DNA of 64,000 bases from Bacteroidota bacterium (GTDB lineage: Bacteria > Bacteroidota > Ignavibacteria > UBA10030 > UBA8401), in NCBI GenBank assembly GCA_040751955.1, contig JBFMFY010000001.1:244-64243 (forward strand), in the 5' to 3' direction. The notes under the pieces were generated by a model, which was given only the letters and a program-made list of their open reading frames with translations, did no database searches and was not told the DNA's origin. The translations under genes and the position numbers were made by a program. Position 1 is the stretch's first letter. Every line of letters starts with the position of its first letter. Positions 1-8,989 of the stretch are shown here, in pieces.

Positions 1-2
1 GT

Positions 3-770
3 AAACGGCTTGTCGGTTACATTTATAATTTGCAGGGTGATCCGTCGATAGAAAAAAATGCCGGGTATGTTGAATATTTTCCAGCGCTTCCTACATTGCC
101 AGGACGAGGAGTGGAGTTGGATACATTCGCTGTCTATGCGAGAATGGCACCCGGATCAACGAATTCGTCACCACGTGCAAAGTATTCTATTTTCTCTGCC
201 GGCGGCGGGCGCGCTGATTCAATTGTTAACCAAAATAATCGCGGTAGTATGGTATTTTTGGGTAACCATATATTTCTCCGTTCCGGACAGCGCGATGCTC
301 ACGGCGGAGCTGCAATAAACGGATATATCCGTCTTGAAAACGATACGGCATTGGTAAATGCATACTATGCCGATTCAGTGGAAAATATCGCTAAGCGGGA
401 TACTTTTGTTATACGGGCAGATGCGATAATTTTATTTGAAACTGAGAGCAGCATTTTGGGAGTCGGGTATGAAGTCTCTCCCACAATTCCTGCTGTTTAC
501 TCGCTCAGCCAGAATTATCCTAATCCATTCAACCCGACAACGAAAATCCAATTTGGATTGCCGCGTGCGGGAAAAGTATATTTGAAAATTTTTGATATAC
601 TTGGGCGAGAAGTAAGAACGTTAATCAACGAACACTATAACGCAGGAAGTTATGCGATAGAGTGGGACGGAAGAAATAATTTTGGCGGACAGGTAGCGAC
701 CGGAATGTACATCTATCATCTCGAGTCAGGCGGCTTTGTCCAATCCAAAAAGATGTTAATGCTGAAATAG
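3..770 (+). CDS. C-terminal fragment of a secreted protein with a type-A T9SS C-terminal sorting domain (5' end lies outside the window)
   Basis: The frame is open from base 3, with no stop before the track's TTG at 30. The C-terminus YSLSQNYPNPFNPTTKIQFGLP...WDGRN...GMYIYHLESGGFVQSKKMLMLK matches the CTD pattern shared by four other proteins in this window. Confidence 0.7.
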   Translation, partial: KRLVGYIYNLQGDPSIEKNAGYVEYFPALPTLPGRGVELDTFAVYARMAPGSTNSSPRAKYSIFSAGGGRADSIVNQNNRGSMVFLGNHIFLRSGQRDAHGGAAINGYIRLENDTALVNAYYADSVENIAKRDTFVIRADAIILFETESSILGVGYEVSPTIPAVYSLSQNYPNPFNPTTKIQFGLPRAGKVYLKIFDILGREVRTLINEHYNAGSYAIEWDGRNNFGGQVATGMYIYHLESGGFVQSKKMLMLK

Positions 771-792
771 TAATAGAATTCTGTTTTTGATG

Positions 793-840
793 GTAGTCAG
801 TAGTTGCTGCCGCAGGTGACTACTGACTACTGTCGTTTTT
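793..840 (+). terminator. Rho-independent terminator
   Basis: Perfect 12-bp inverted repeat GTAGTCAGTAGT (793-804) / ACTACTGACTAC (819-830), followed by tgtcgttttt, 23 nt after the upstream stop codon. Confidence 0.65.
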
Positions 841-852
841 ACTCGATGAATC

Positions 853-3800
853 ATGTCATTTCAAATTATTATTACAATACTGACAGCAGTAGGGGCGCTT
901 GCGTACTTTATCCCGACACCGCAAGAACTGCGTGATTCGTTTGTTGCAGGGCAAAATTATTTTGCGGCGAGAAACTATACAAAGGCGATTGAACAATACG
1001 ATAAGATACTGGAAACGGAGAGCGACTTGCTTACCCCCGACAGTGTCCGCGTCGTACTAATGAACGGCGAACTGAATGTCGGCGTCCGTTCCGCAGCACT
1101 GTATCAAAAAGCAAATTCGTACCGCACGCTCGGTATGCTCGATTCGTCCATTGCAACGTTTCGGCGAATGTTATCCCGTACCGATTCACCTAAACTGACG
1201 ATCCTTTCCCGGTACCAAATCTATGATCTATTCCTTCAGAAGAAGGAATACGACAGCGCAATTACAGCTGCGCGTGATTTAATCCAATATCATCCATTCG
1301 ATGAAAAAGTTGAACAGGCATTGTACGATATGGGGTGGGCGTTTCGTTTCAAACTCCAGTACGACAGTTCCTCCGCAACGTTTAAGAAACTTGCTGATAC
1401 TTACAGAGAAAGTCCTTTTCGGGTGCGCGCACTGTACCAGATCGGACAAAATGATCTCGATGCACACCATTGGAGAAGTGCAGTACATTCATTTTCCTAT
1501 CTATTGACGGAATATAAACCGGAATCTTTTACCCGCACCGATTTTGAAAATATGGAATTGAGAGTGAACAGAGAACGCCAGATCTTTGACGCTGTCTCAA
1601 ATCGTGAATCGGATAACACGAATCTGGAACTCGCTTCGAAAGCAGAATTCAAGATCGCTGAGGCGTACGAGAGATTGAATAGCATTGATTCTGCCGTTGC
1701 ACGGTATCAATATATCATACGGACATACACGCTGCTTCCATCGTTGATAGAGATTTCCTACATCCGGTGGGCAGAGTTAATGCAGCGGGTAAAAGGGACA
1801 GAAAGTGCCATTCAGGTATATCGGCGCGCGATCGATGAACATTTCCAAAACAAAGTGTTTCAAGCGCGCATGCAATACAAAATTGCCCGCACGTATCAGG
1901 ATCAAAAGGAATTTTCACGGGCGGCAGAAGAGTATTCGTTTTATGTGAAGGCATACGCCGAGTTTGCCGATCAGGCTGACTTTTCGCTTGAGAATGCCCG
2001 GTTCTTTTCAGTACTCAATTTCAGCGCCGCAAAAAATCACGAGCAGGTCATTGTATCGGCAGATTCATTTCTTACACATCACGGTGGAAGCGAATTTACT
2101 CCTAAAGCACTTATCATGCGCGGTAATGCATATCTGGCACTTCAAAAATTTGATGAGGCTCGCGCAAGCTACCAACAGGTTATGGATGGGTACACATCAT
2201 CCGCAGAATTTACACACGCACGAATGCAATTTCCGCGTTCCTTTTATGATGAGAAGCGTTACCAAGAAGCTCTTTCACACTATAAAAATTTGGAAATGGA
2301 ACTTCAGAACGGAATGGAAGCGAGTGAAGTGCAATACTATCTTGGAATGTCACATTTTTATTTGGGAAACATGGAGGAGTCTGTCTCTTCACTAAAAAAA
2401 GTCGATCCTTCTTCTCAATTCTATCCGTTCTCGTTTGCCCGCATTGTGAAGATATACGCCTCTCAAGCAAAACTGGATACAGCTGAATCGTTCATTGTTG
2501 GAGTGATTTCACAACTTCCCGATTCATCTGAATTCAAACCGTATGCGCATCTTTCGTACGGCGAATTGCTTGCTATATCAGGGAAATTTGACAAAGCAAT
2601 CGGCGAAATGACGATCGTAGTCAGTGACTCATCGGTTGTTGAAAATGCACGGTTGCAGGCGAGGTATGCGCGCGGTGCACTCTTTCAGCAAACAAAAAAA
2701 TTCAAAGAAGCGATTGATGACCTGGAATATTGTCTGCGACAGAAGGCATTCAAAGATAATTTTACAACGACGATTCCGATTGCCAACGAGAAACTTGCCT
2801 TATCATATCTCGGAATTGGGAAGCGAAAAGAGGCGACAGAGAAAATCCTGAACTTGCTTCAATCCGCTTCTTCAAAAGTGGAACGGGTGAAGTACTTATC
2901 GGCATTGACCGAATTGTACGTGCAAATGAACGACTTCTCAAAAATCATTGAATTCGGCAGTCAGGTAATTGCTGCGGACAGTGCCGATGAAAATTCTCGT
3001 GCCAAAGCGTACGCAGCGCTTGCGAATGCTTACGGCAATGCCAATAATCTTGAGAAAGTCGTTTCCGTGCTGCAACAAGCAGCGGATACGCTGCCTCATC
3101 ATCCGTTTATTAAAGAAATAGTTTGGCAGATGGCGTCACTCTTATTCGATGGCGGGGCTTATGCATCTGCCGATCCGTTGTTTGAAAAGTATAGAGAACG
3201 GTATCCTGCAGATGAGAAATCTGAAACTGCATTGCATAATCGCGGAATCTGTCTTTTTGGTATCGGTAAGATTGACGAAGCCGTCAAATTGAAACGTCAA
3301 TATATTTCATTGTACACACAGAGCACACGTTTACCGCAAGTGCAATATGAAATTGCAGAGTTATATTACAATGCAGAACGGTTCGACATGGCGGCGCAGG
3401 AATATGATAGAACGGTGAGAACGTACCCTGCATCGGAGTATGCAGCCACGGCACAGTATAATAAAGGATGGTGTTATTACCGATTGGGAGACACGCTGAA
3501 GATGGTCGAAACGTTTGATCGATTTGTGCAGGCGTACCCCCGCAGTCCGCAAGCACCGGACGCACAGTTCAGCATTGGTGATTATTACTATAATACAAAA
3601 GAATACGAAAAAGCGAAGCAGGCTTACCGTGTGATACTTGAGAAATATCCGTCCTACCCCAGAGTTGAAGAGGCAAAAAATCTTGTTCGTGAACTCGATC
3701 AGATCAATTCGTTTACCGAGTATTCGAAAGCGATGGCGTATTTTGACACTCAGGATTTTCTTCGTGCAATTCCTCTGTTGGAAGAGGTTCTGAAAAAGTA

Positions 3801-3993
3801 TCCTGATGCTGATGTGCGGTATGCCTGCGAAGCGAATATTGCATCAGCATACTCGGAACTCGGAGAAAAGAAAAAAGCGTTGGAAATGTTCACAAAGATC
3901 ATCGAGAAGTATTCGGGAAAACCTGACGCACAAATGGTCGTCTTTTTTGCAGAACAGCACAAACGGTGGTTGGAGACAAGTAAAAATCAATGA
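853..3993 (+). CDS. Large membrane-anchored TPR-repeat protein with YbgF/CpoB- or BamD-like TPRs in the C-terminal part
   Basis: 1046 aa. N-terminal hydrophobic anchor IIITILTAVGALAYFI, then continuous TPR-like helical repeats (e.g. YNKGWCYYRLGD..FVQAYPRSPQAPDAQFSIGDYYYNTKEYEKAKQAYRVILEKYP). The stop overlaps the next start (ATGA at 3990-3993). Confidence 0.8.
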   Translation: MSFQIIITILTAVGALAYFIPTPQELRDSFVAGQNYFAARNYTKAIEQYDKILETESDLLTPDSVRVVLMNGELNVGVRSAALYQKANSYRTLGMLDSSIATFRRMLSRTDSPKLTILSRYQIYDLFLQKKEYDSAITAARDLIQYHPFDEKVEQALYDMGWAFRFKLQYDSSSATFKKLADTYRESPFRVRALYQIGQNDLDAHHWRSAVHSFSYLLTEYKPESFTRTDFENMELRVNRERQIFDAVSNRESDNTNLELASKAEFKIAEAYERLNSIDSAVARYQYIIRTYTLLPSLIEISYIRWAELMQRVKGTESAIQVYRRAIDEHFQNKVFQARMQYKIARTYQDQKEFSRAAEEYSFYVKAYAEFADQADFSLENARFFSVLNFSAAKNHEQVIVSADSFLTHHGGSEFTPKALIMRGNAYLALQKFDEARASYQQVMDGYTSSAEFTHARMQFPRSFYDEKRYQEALSHYKNLEMELQNGMEASEVQYYLGMSHFYLGNMEESVSSLKKVDPSSQFYPFSFARIVKIYASQAKLDTAESFIVGVISQLPDSSEFKPYAHLSYGELLAISGKFDKAIGEMTIVVSDSSVVENARLQARYARGALFQQTKKFKEAIDDLEYCLRQKAFKDNFTTTIPIANEKLALSYLGIGKRKEATEKILNLLQSASSKVERVKYLSALTELYVQMNDFSKIIEFGSQVIAADSADENSRAKAYAALANAYGNANNLEKVVSVLQQAADTLPHHPFIKEIVWQMASLLFDGGAYASADPLFEKYRERYPADEKSETALHNRGICLFGIGKIDEAVKLKRQYISLYTQSTRLPQVQYEIAELYYNAERFDMAAQEYDRTVRTYPASEYAATAQYNKGWCYYRLGDTLKMVETFDRFVQAYPRSPQAPDAQFSIGDYYYNTKEYEKAKQAYRVILEKYPSYPRVEEAKNLVRELDQINSFTEYSKAMAYFDTQDFLRAIPLLEEVLKKYPDADVRYACEANIASAYSELGEKKKALEMFTKIIEKYSGKPDAQMVVFFAEQHKRWLETSKNQ

Positions 3994-5390
3994 CGTTGAC
4001 GGAAAAATTATATTCGTACAGAAAGTATGCCGCACTTGGGATTTCGATCTCAGGAGGTCTGCATCTCTTTTTCGGCCTATTGATATTGATGACGGGGGGT
4101 GAGAAAGGGGAGAAGATCATCAGTGTGGAACTGAAAACGTACGAGATGGTTAAACCGCCGGTCAAGTTTGAAGCACAGCCTCCCCGTTTTGTGAAATCGT
4201 TCGATCTTGCCAAGCAGGTGGATTATGTACCGCAAACGGGAGCGAGACAGATTGTATTTGCAAGGGCGGATGCGCCGACTGTCTCGACGGAGACGAATAC
4301 ACAACAGCAGGCTTCATCATCACAAGGGCGTCCCAGCGAAGGGAGTGTCTTCTTTGGGGCGCTCACTGCATCAACGGGTGCGTCGGATCTTGGATGGGGA
4401 TTGCCCGGCGGTGCAACAAGCTACGGGAGAAGTTTCGGTGTTGGTGGAACCGGAGGATGGGGTGCAGGACCGGGTGACGGGAAAGATTGGGGACCACAAT
4501 TTGCCAGCGATGTTGAAAATTCACGCGGTGGCGGCGGTGGCGGATTGACTGCTATGCGGGATAATCTTATTTCATCTGAAAATTTTGAAGACCGGTTCGA
4601 CGGATTTATTGAGGTCAACCCTCGCAACAAGAAAGATATCCGCGGATTTCTCAACATCTATCAATTGCAATACAATTCAACAAAGCTGGAAAAATCCCCA
4701 GCAAGCGGTTGGGATGTTGTGGATGGGCAGCCGTCATGGAACTGTGTACCTCAGGCGCTTCCAAGTCTCGCTCAATATGCTAATGATAGCACAAAATTAC
4801 GCGTATCCATTCGTGGAACGATCCGCCTGGATTCGAAAGAATTAAGTACGGTTCCATTTTTATACATGATGGGATTTCAATCAGGAATTCGGTACACAAA
4901 AGAAGAGGCGAGAAACATCGCACAGTACCTTCGTAACGGCGGATTTCTATTCATTGACGACGGCTTAGCGTATCAATCTGGTGCTTTTAATATAACTGCA
5001 CGACAAATGTTAAAAGATGCTCTTGGTTACGATGCAGTCTTTGAACGCGTACCCAATTCGCATCGATTGTATACCGCGTGGGAAAATTTTAACGGTCCAC
5101 CTTCAGGAGAGGATATTCAACGGTACAATAACAACGTGCGCGAAGTAAAAGAAATCTACCCGTATCTTGAAGCAATATTCTTAAACGGACGTATGGCAGT
5201 GTTGATTTCAAACCGCGGTTACAATTTTGCATGGGGGTATTGGAAACTTCTCCCTTCGTCCCAAGGGGGTCCGTTTGACAACACGCGTCAGTTACAGTTT
5301 GGATTAAATATTGTCGTCTACGCCTTAACCCAGCGTGGCGGCATCGTTGATCAAAACCGCACGCGGATAGCTCAAGAGCAAAAACGATGA
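3990..5390 (+). CDS. Membrane-anchored protein with a Gly-rich linker and a DUF4159-like C-terminal domain
   Basis: 466 aa. TM segment GISISGGLHLFFGLLILM. Low-complexity stretch GGTGGWGAGPGDG...SRGGGGGGL. FLYMMGFQSGIRYTKEEARNIAQYLRNGGFLFIDDG resembles the DUF4159 core. 4-nt overlaps with both neighbouring genes. Confidence 0.55.
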   Translation: MTLTEKLYSYRKYAALGISISGGLHLFFGLLILMTGGEKGEKIISVELKTYEMVKPPVKFEAQPPRFVKSFDLAKQVDYVPQTGARQIVFARADAPTVSTETNTQQQASSSQGRPSEGSVFFGALTASTGASDLGWGLPGGATSYGRSFGVGGTGGWGAGPGDGKDWGPQFASDVENSRGGGGGGLTAMRDNLISSENFEDRFDGFIEVNPRNKKDIRGFLNIYQLQYNSTKLEKSPASGWDVVDGQPSWNCVPQALPSLAQYANDSTKLRVSIRGTIRLDSKELSTVPFLYMMGFQSGIRYTKEEARNIAQYLRNGGFLFIDDGLAYQSGAFNITARQMLKDALGYDAVFERVPNSHRLYTAWENFNGPPSGEDIQRYNNNVREVKEIYPYLEAIFLNGRMAVLISNRGYNFAWGYWKLLPSSQGGPFDNTRQLQFGLNIVVYALTQRGGIVDQNRTRIAQEQKR

Positions 5391-5407
5391 TTTATCAGGA
5401 GTATGTC

Positions 5408-8056
5408 ATGAGAAAATTTTGCTACACAATGGCGATTTGGTTTCTTGTAATTTCCGTCTTATCAGGACAAGAAAAACGTCACGAGGAAGAGCGTGAAATA
5501 TACAATGCTTATTTTGATCAGGCAGGTGAAGAATTCGGAGTTCCCTCCGACCTTCTTCGCGCTCTTTCATTTGCTGAAACCAGATGGACCCATATGAAGT
5601 GGGATGACGACGATACACTTTCTTCCTGTTCAGGTATGCCTCGTGTGTATGGTGTGATGGGATTATGGGACAACGAGTACTTCGGTTACAGTTTGCGCGA
5701 AGCTGCAAATCTGATCGGTAAAACTCATCAGGAATTAAAAGAAAGCCCATTGCAGAATATCCGCGGCGCTGCTGCTCTGCTGAAAAAGTACTACGATGAA
5801 CTTTCTAAACCTGAAAATGTTAATGCCGGTGCGATTGAAAGCTGGCAGAACGCGATCGCCAAATTCAGCGGCTTTCCTCAGGAGGAGATAGCGCAAAGGC
5901 GGGGACTGGAAGTATATGCTGTACTTTCGACAGGGTACGAACGGGACAGGATTACGATCCGGAAACAAAATATTGATCTCGAAACAATTCAACGCATTGT
6001 GGACAAAACTGCCAAGACTGCTGCCGCAAAGAATCAGAATAAGCAATTGAATAAAACTGCAAATCAACCCGACTATCCTCTCGCTAAATGGAATGCGGCA
6101 TATTCCGGGAATTTCGGTACGCAGCTGATCCAGCAAAAATTTGTTGTTGTGCACGATGTTGAAGGATCGTATCTCGGTTGCATCTCCTGGTTCAAAAATC
6201 CCGCCGCACAAGTGAGCGCTCACTATGTATTGAATTCCCACCCAAATTCACCCGTCAGCAAGCAACCGACCGGAAGTCCTGACGCGCCGGTGGGAGAAGT
6301 AACACAGATGGTAGAAGAAAAATTCAGAGCATGGCATGTCGGCTGCTGGAATTCATACATGGTCGGCATCGAACACGAAGGATACTACAATGTGAGCGGA
6401 TGGTACACACAGGAATGTTATGAATCGTCGTCACGGCTTGTCGCGTATCTGTGTGATAAGTACGGCATTCCTAAAGACAGAAACCATGTGATTGCGCATA
6501 GCGAACACCAAAATAGTGCGTGGCGGAATTGGGTGACTTCTACGGGACAAGGATTCGATCCCACATGCAACACACATGTCGATCCGGGTCAATATTGGGA
6601 CTGGACAAAATTCATGAATCTTGTCACCGTGGGTGATACAGTGAAACCGCAAATTCTTACAGCGACACCTGCCGGCGGCAAGCCGGTTCCGACATATAAA
6701 GAAATTACTGTTCAATTCAATACTCCGATGGATGCCGCATCGACTGCTGCAGCATTTTCAATTATTCCGGCTGTGACAGGAACGAAATCATGGAATAACG
6801 ATAATACAGTCCTGACGTTTGATCCTTCATCGAATTTGGCATGGAATACATTATACACTGTTACTGTCGATTCATCTGCAAAAAATGTTTCCCTGAAGAA
6901 AAGCCTCGGTGGTATTCCGTATTCGTTCTCATTTACAACCGAACCGATCGATACCGCTGGTCCGACGGTGTTATGGACGTACCCGTACGATAACGCTATT
7001 GATGTTCCTGTAAAACCCGAAGTGATACTCGTGATGGATGACGGTGTGCTGACTCCGTCACTTTCTGCGACATTGAAATTCACAGACGAAAATAATGTGA
7101 ACGTATCAATGTCCGGTGCAAAGAATGAAGTGATTGACGATCTTGGATACATCTCATTTATGCCTGCATTAAAACCGAATCGAACATACAGAATAAAACT
7201 GCTCCCGGGAATAAAGGACTATTACAATAACTCCTCAAAGGATACAGTGCTGATACAGTTTAAAACCGAAGCGCAGGAATTTATTTCCACCGGAATACCG
7301 ATCGATCTGTTTGAATCGAACGGAAGGGGATGGATGCAACCCGCCGCTTCACAGGTATCTCAAAACATTGATACAGCGATGACAAAATTTGGATTCGTAC
7401 CGGAAAAAAGATATTCAGGAACGAATTCGGGAAAACTTACCTACAAATTTTTGAACTCCACAGGCGGTGTTATCGATCTGAAGACTTCATCCATGCCCGA
7501 AATTGATTCATACATGTCTATTGGATTGTGGGTGTACGGCGATATTGGCAACAATGCATTGAAATTAATTTTTTCACCGGATAATCAGTCGTTCGACTTC
7601 GGCCCCATACACTGGCGCGGTTGGAAATACATTTCTCTTCCGGTTGCTCAAATTACCGGAACAAATAGAAAATTGAGTTCTGTGCAGATCCTCCAGCGAC
7701 CGGGTGGTGCTGTGGAAGGTGTGTTGTACTTTGACGATCTGCAAGTGAATGCAGCAACGACAGTTGTTCCTTCTCGCGAAGTTCTTTCGCCTGCAGCATT
7801 TGTCTTGGAACAGAATTTCCCGAATCCGTTCAATCCTTCCACGACATTTCAATTTTCGAGTCCGGCAGCAGGTATAATCACGTTGGAAGTGTTCGATGTT
7901 TTGGGACGCCGCATTCGTACGCTTTTGAACGAGTACAAAGAGTCCGGACTTCATCGTATTGCGGTCGATTTTAGCGAACTTCCTTCCGGTGTGTATTATT
8001 ATACTTTGAGAGCCGGAGATTTTGTATCTTCCAAAAAAATGGTGCTGCTGAAATAA
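5408..8056 (+). CDS. Secreted multidomain peptidoglycan hydrolase: lytic-transglycosylase-like N-domain, N-acetylmuramoyl-L-alanine amidase (Amidase_2/PGRP type), Ig-like (SbsA/Big_5-like) domains and a T9SS CTD
   Basis: Start moved to the ATG at 5408 (AGGAG lies 6 nt upstream; signal-like MRKFCYTMAIWFLVISVLSGQ). SLT-like LLRALSFAETRW..GVMGL..NIRGAAALLKKYY. Amidase_2 motifs VVVHDVEGSY..AHYVLNS..WHVGCWNSYMVGIEHEG..VIAHSEH. CTD FVLEQNFPNPFNPSTTFQF...KKMVLLK. Confidence 0.8.
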   Translation: MRKFCYTMAIWFLVISVLSGQEKRHEEEREIYNAYFDQAGEEFGVPSDLLRALSFAETRWTHMKWDDDDTLSSCSGMPRVYGVMGLWDNEYFGYSLREAANLIGKTHQELKESPLQNIRGAAALLKKYYDELSKPENVNAGAIESWQNAIAKFSGFPQEEIAQRRGLEVYAVLSTGYERDRITIRKQNIDLETIQRIVDKTAKTAAAKNQNKQLNKTANQPDYPLAKWNAAYSGNFGTQLIQQKFVVVHDVEGSYLGCISWFKNPAAQVSAHYVLNSHPNSPVSKQPTGSPDAPVGEVTQMVEEKFRAWHVGCWNSYMVGIEHEGYYNVSGWYTQECYESSSRLVAYLCDKYGIPKDRNHVIAHSEHQNSAWRNWVTSTGQGFDPTCNTHVDPGQYWDWTKFMNLVTVGDTVKPQILTATPAGGKPVPTYKEITVQFNTPMDAASTAAAFSIIPAVTGTKSWNNDNTVLTFDPSSNLAWNTLYTVTVDSSAKNVSLKKSLGGIPYSFSFTTEPIDTAGPTVLWTYPYDNAIDVPVKPEVILVMDDGVLTPSLSATLKFTDENNVNVSMSGAKNEVIDDLGYISFMPALKPNRTYRIKLLPGIKDYYNNSSKDTVLIQFKTEAQEFISTGIPIDLFESNGRGWMQPAASQVSQNIDTAMTKFGFVPEKRYSGTNSGKLTYKFLNSTGGVIDLKTSSMPEIDSYMSIGLWVYGDIGNNALKLIFSPDNQSFDFGPIHWRGWKYISLPVAQITGTNRKLSSVQILQRPGGAVEGVLYFDDLQVNAATTVVPSREVLSPAAFVLEQNFPNPFNPSTTFQFSSPAAGIITLEVFDVLGRRIRTLLNEYKESGLHRIAVDFSELPSGVYYYTLRAGDFVSSKKMVLLK

Positions 8057-8088
8057 GGATGTGGATTCATTGTTTTTATGAGGTCTTT

Positions 8089-8988
8089 ATGCGAATGTTA
8101 TTAACAGTTGTATTGCTTGTTTCTTCTTCGATCGCGCAGATCCGAACGGTTTCAATCGAAAAAATTCAATTGCCCGCGACCGAATCTTGGAGTAATCCGA
8201 TCTTTTCTCAGTCCGGAACAGAAATATTTTTTACCAATGGTGATTATAACGGTATCTGGCGGTACTCTTTCGAGACAAAGTTATTGAATGAGATCACTCG
8301 TGACCGACACTCTGGGTATAATTTCTCTGTATCGCCGGATGGTAACCAAATTGCTTTTCGTCGGACAAACACAACAGGCGATTTTAGAACAAGAATTCAG
8401 GAGAGCATTGTTCTCGATCTCAAAACCGGAACACAGCAAAGTTTACAAAAAGGAAACTCCGTTTCTTTGCCGATTTTCCATAAAGGTGAAGCGATCACTG
8501 CTGAAAGGATTCCGATAAAAAGCCAACTTCAGAAAGTGTCAAACGACGTTGCCGTATTGGGAATTGAAAACACTAAAATTATACTCCTTGTTGATGGTGA
8601 GAAAAAGATATTCGATCCGCTCAATGGCAACTATGTTTGGCCCGTGTTATCCCCCGACCGCCAGCGGATTGCGGCAGTCGATATGGATCGTGGAGCGTTT
8701 GTATGCACCGTGGATGGCAGACTGCCTATGCCGTTAGGCAGATTAGATGCGCCCCAATGGGAAAGAAGCGGAAGTTGGATCATTGGAATGGAAGATATCG
8801 ACGACGGTCATCGCATAATTTCATCGGATATTGTTGCAAAGTCCAATGATGGAAAGACATCGGTGAACCTGACGGAGGAATTCAACGGCATTGCAATGTA
8901 CCCCGCTTGTTCTCCAGCAGAAAACAAAATCGCCTTTAGTACGGCTGATGGTGAAATATTCATTCTGACCTATGAGGAGGCGAAATAA
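8089..8988 (+). CDS. TolB-like (PD40/WD40-like) beta-propeller periplasmic protein
   Basis: Start moved to the ATG at 8089 (GAGG upstream; signal peptide MRMLLTVVLLVSSSIAQ). PD40-like repeats SVSPDGNQIAFRR, LSPDRQRIAAVD, CSPAENKIAFSTADGEIFIL. Confidence 0.65.
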   Translation: MRMLLTVVLLVSSSIAQIRTVSIEKIQLPATESWSNPIFSQSGTEIFFTNGDYNGIWRYSFETKLLNEITRDRHSGYNFSVSPDGNQIAFRRTNTTGDFRTRIQESIVLDLKTGTQQSLQKGNSVSLPIFHKGEAITAERIPIKSQLQKVSNDVAVLGIENTKIILLVDGEKKIFDPLNGNYVWPVLSPDRQRIAAVDMDRGAFVCTVDGRLPMPLGRLDAPQWERSGSWIIGMEDIDDGHRIISSDIVAKSNDGKTSVNLTEEFNGIAMYPACSPAENKIAFSTADGEIFILTYEEAK

Positions 8989-8989
8989 C

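Noticed and set aside
58-318. 86-aa ORF in an alternative frame
   Set aside because: It is nested in the edge-truncated T9SS cargo gene.
4380-4560. Gly-rich coding stretch as a possible tandem DNA repeat or collagen-like motif
   Set aside because: There is no exact nucleotide periodicity. It looks like a low-complexity linker within the DUF4159-like protein.
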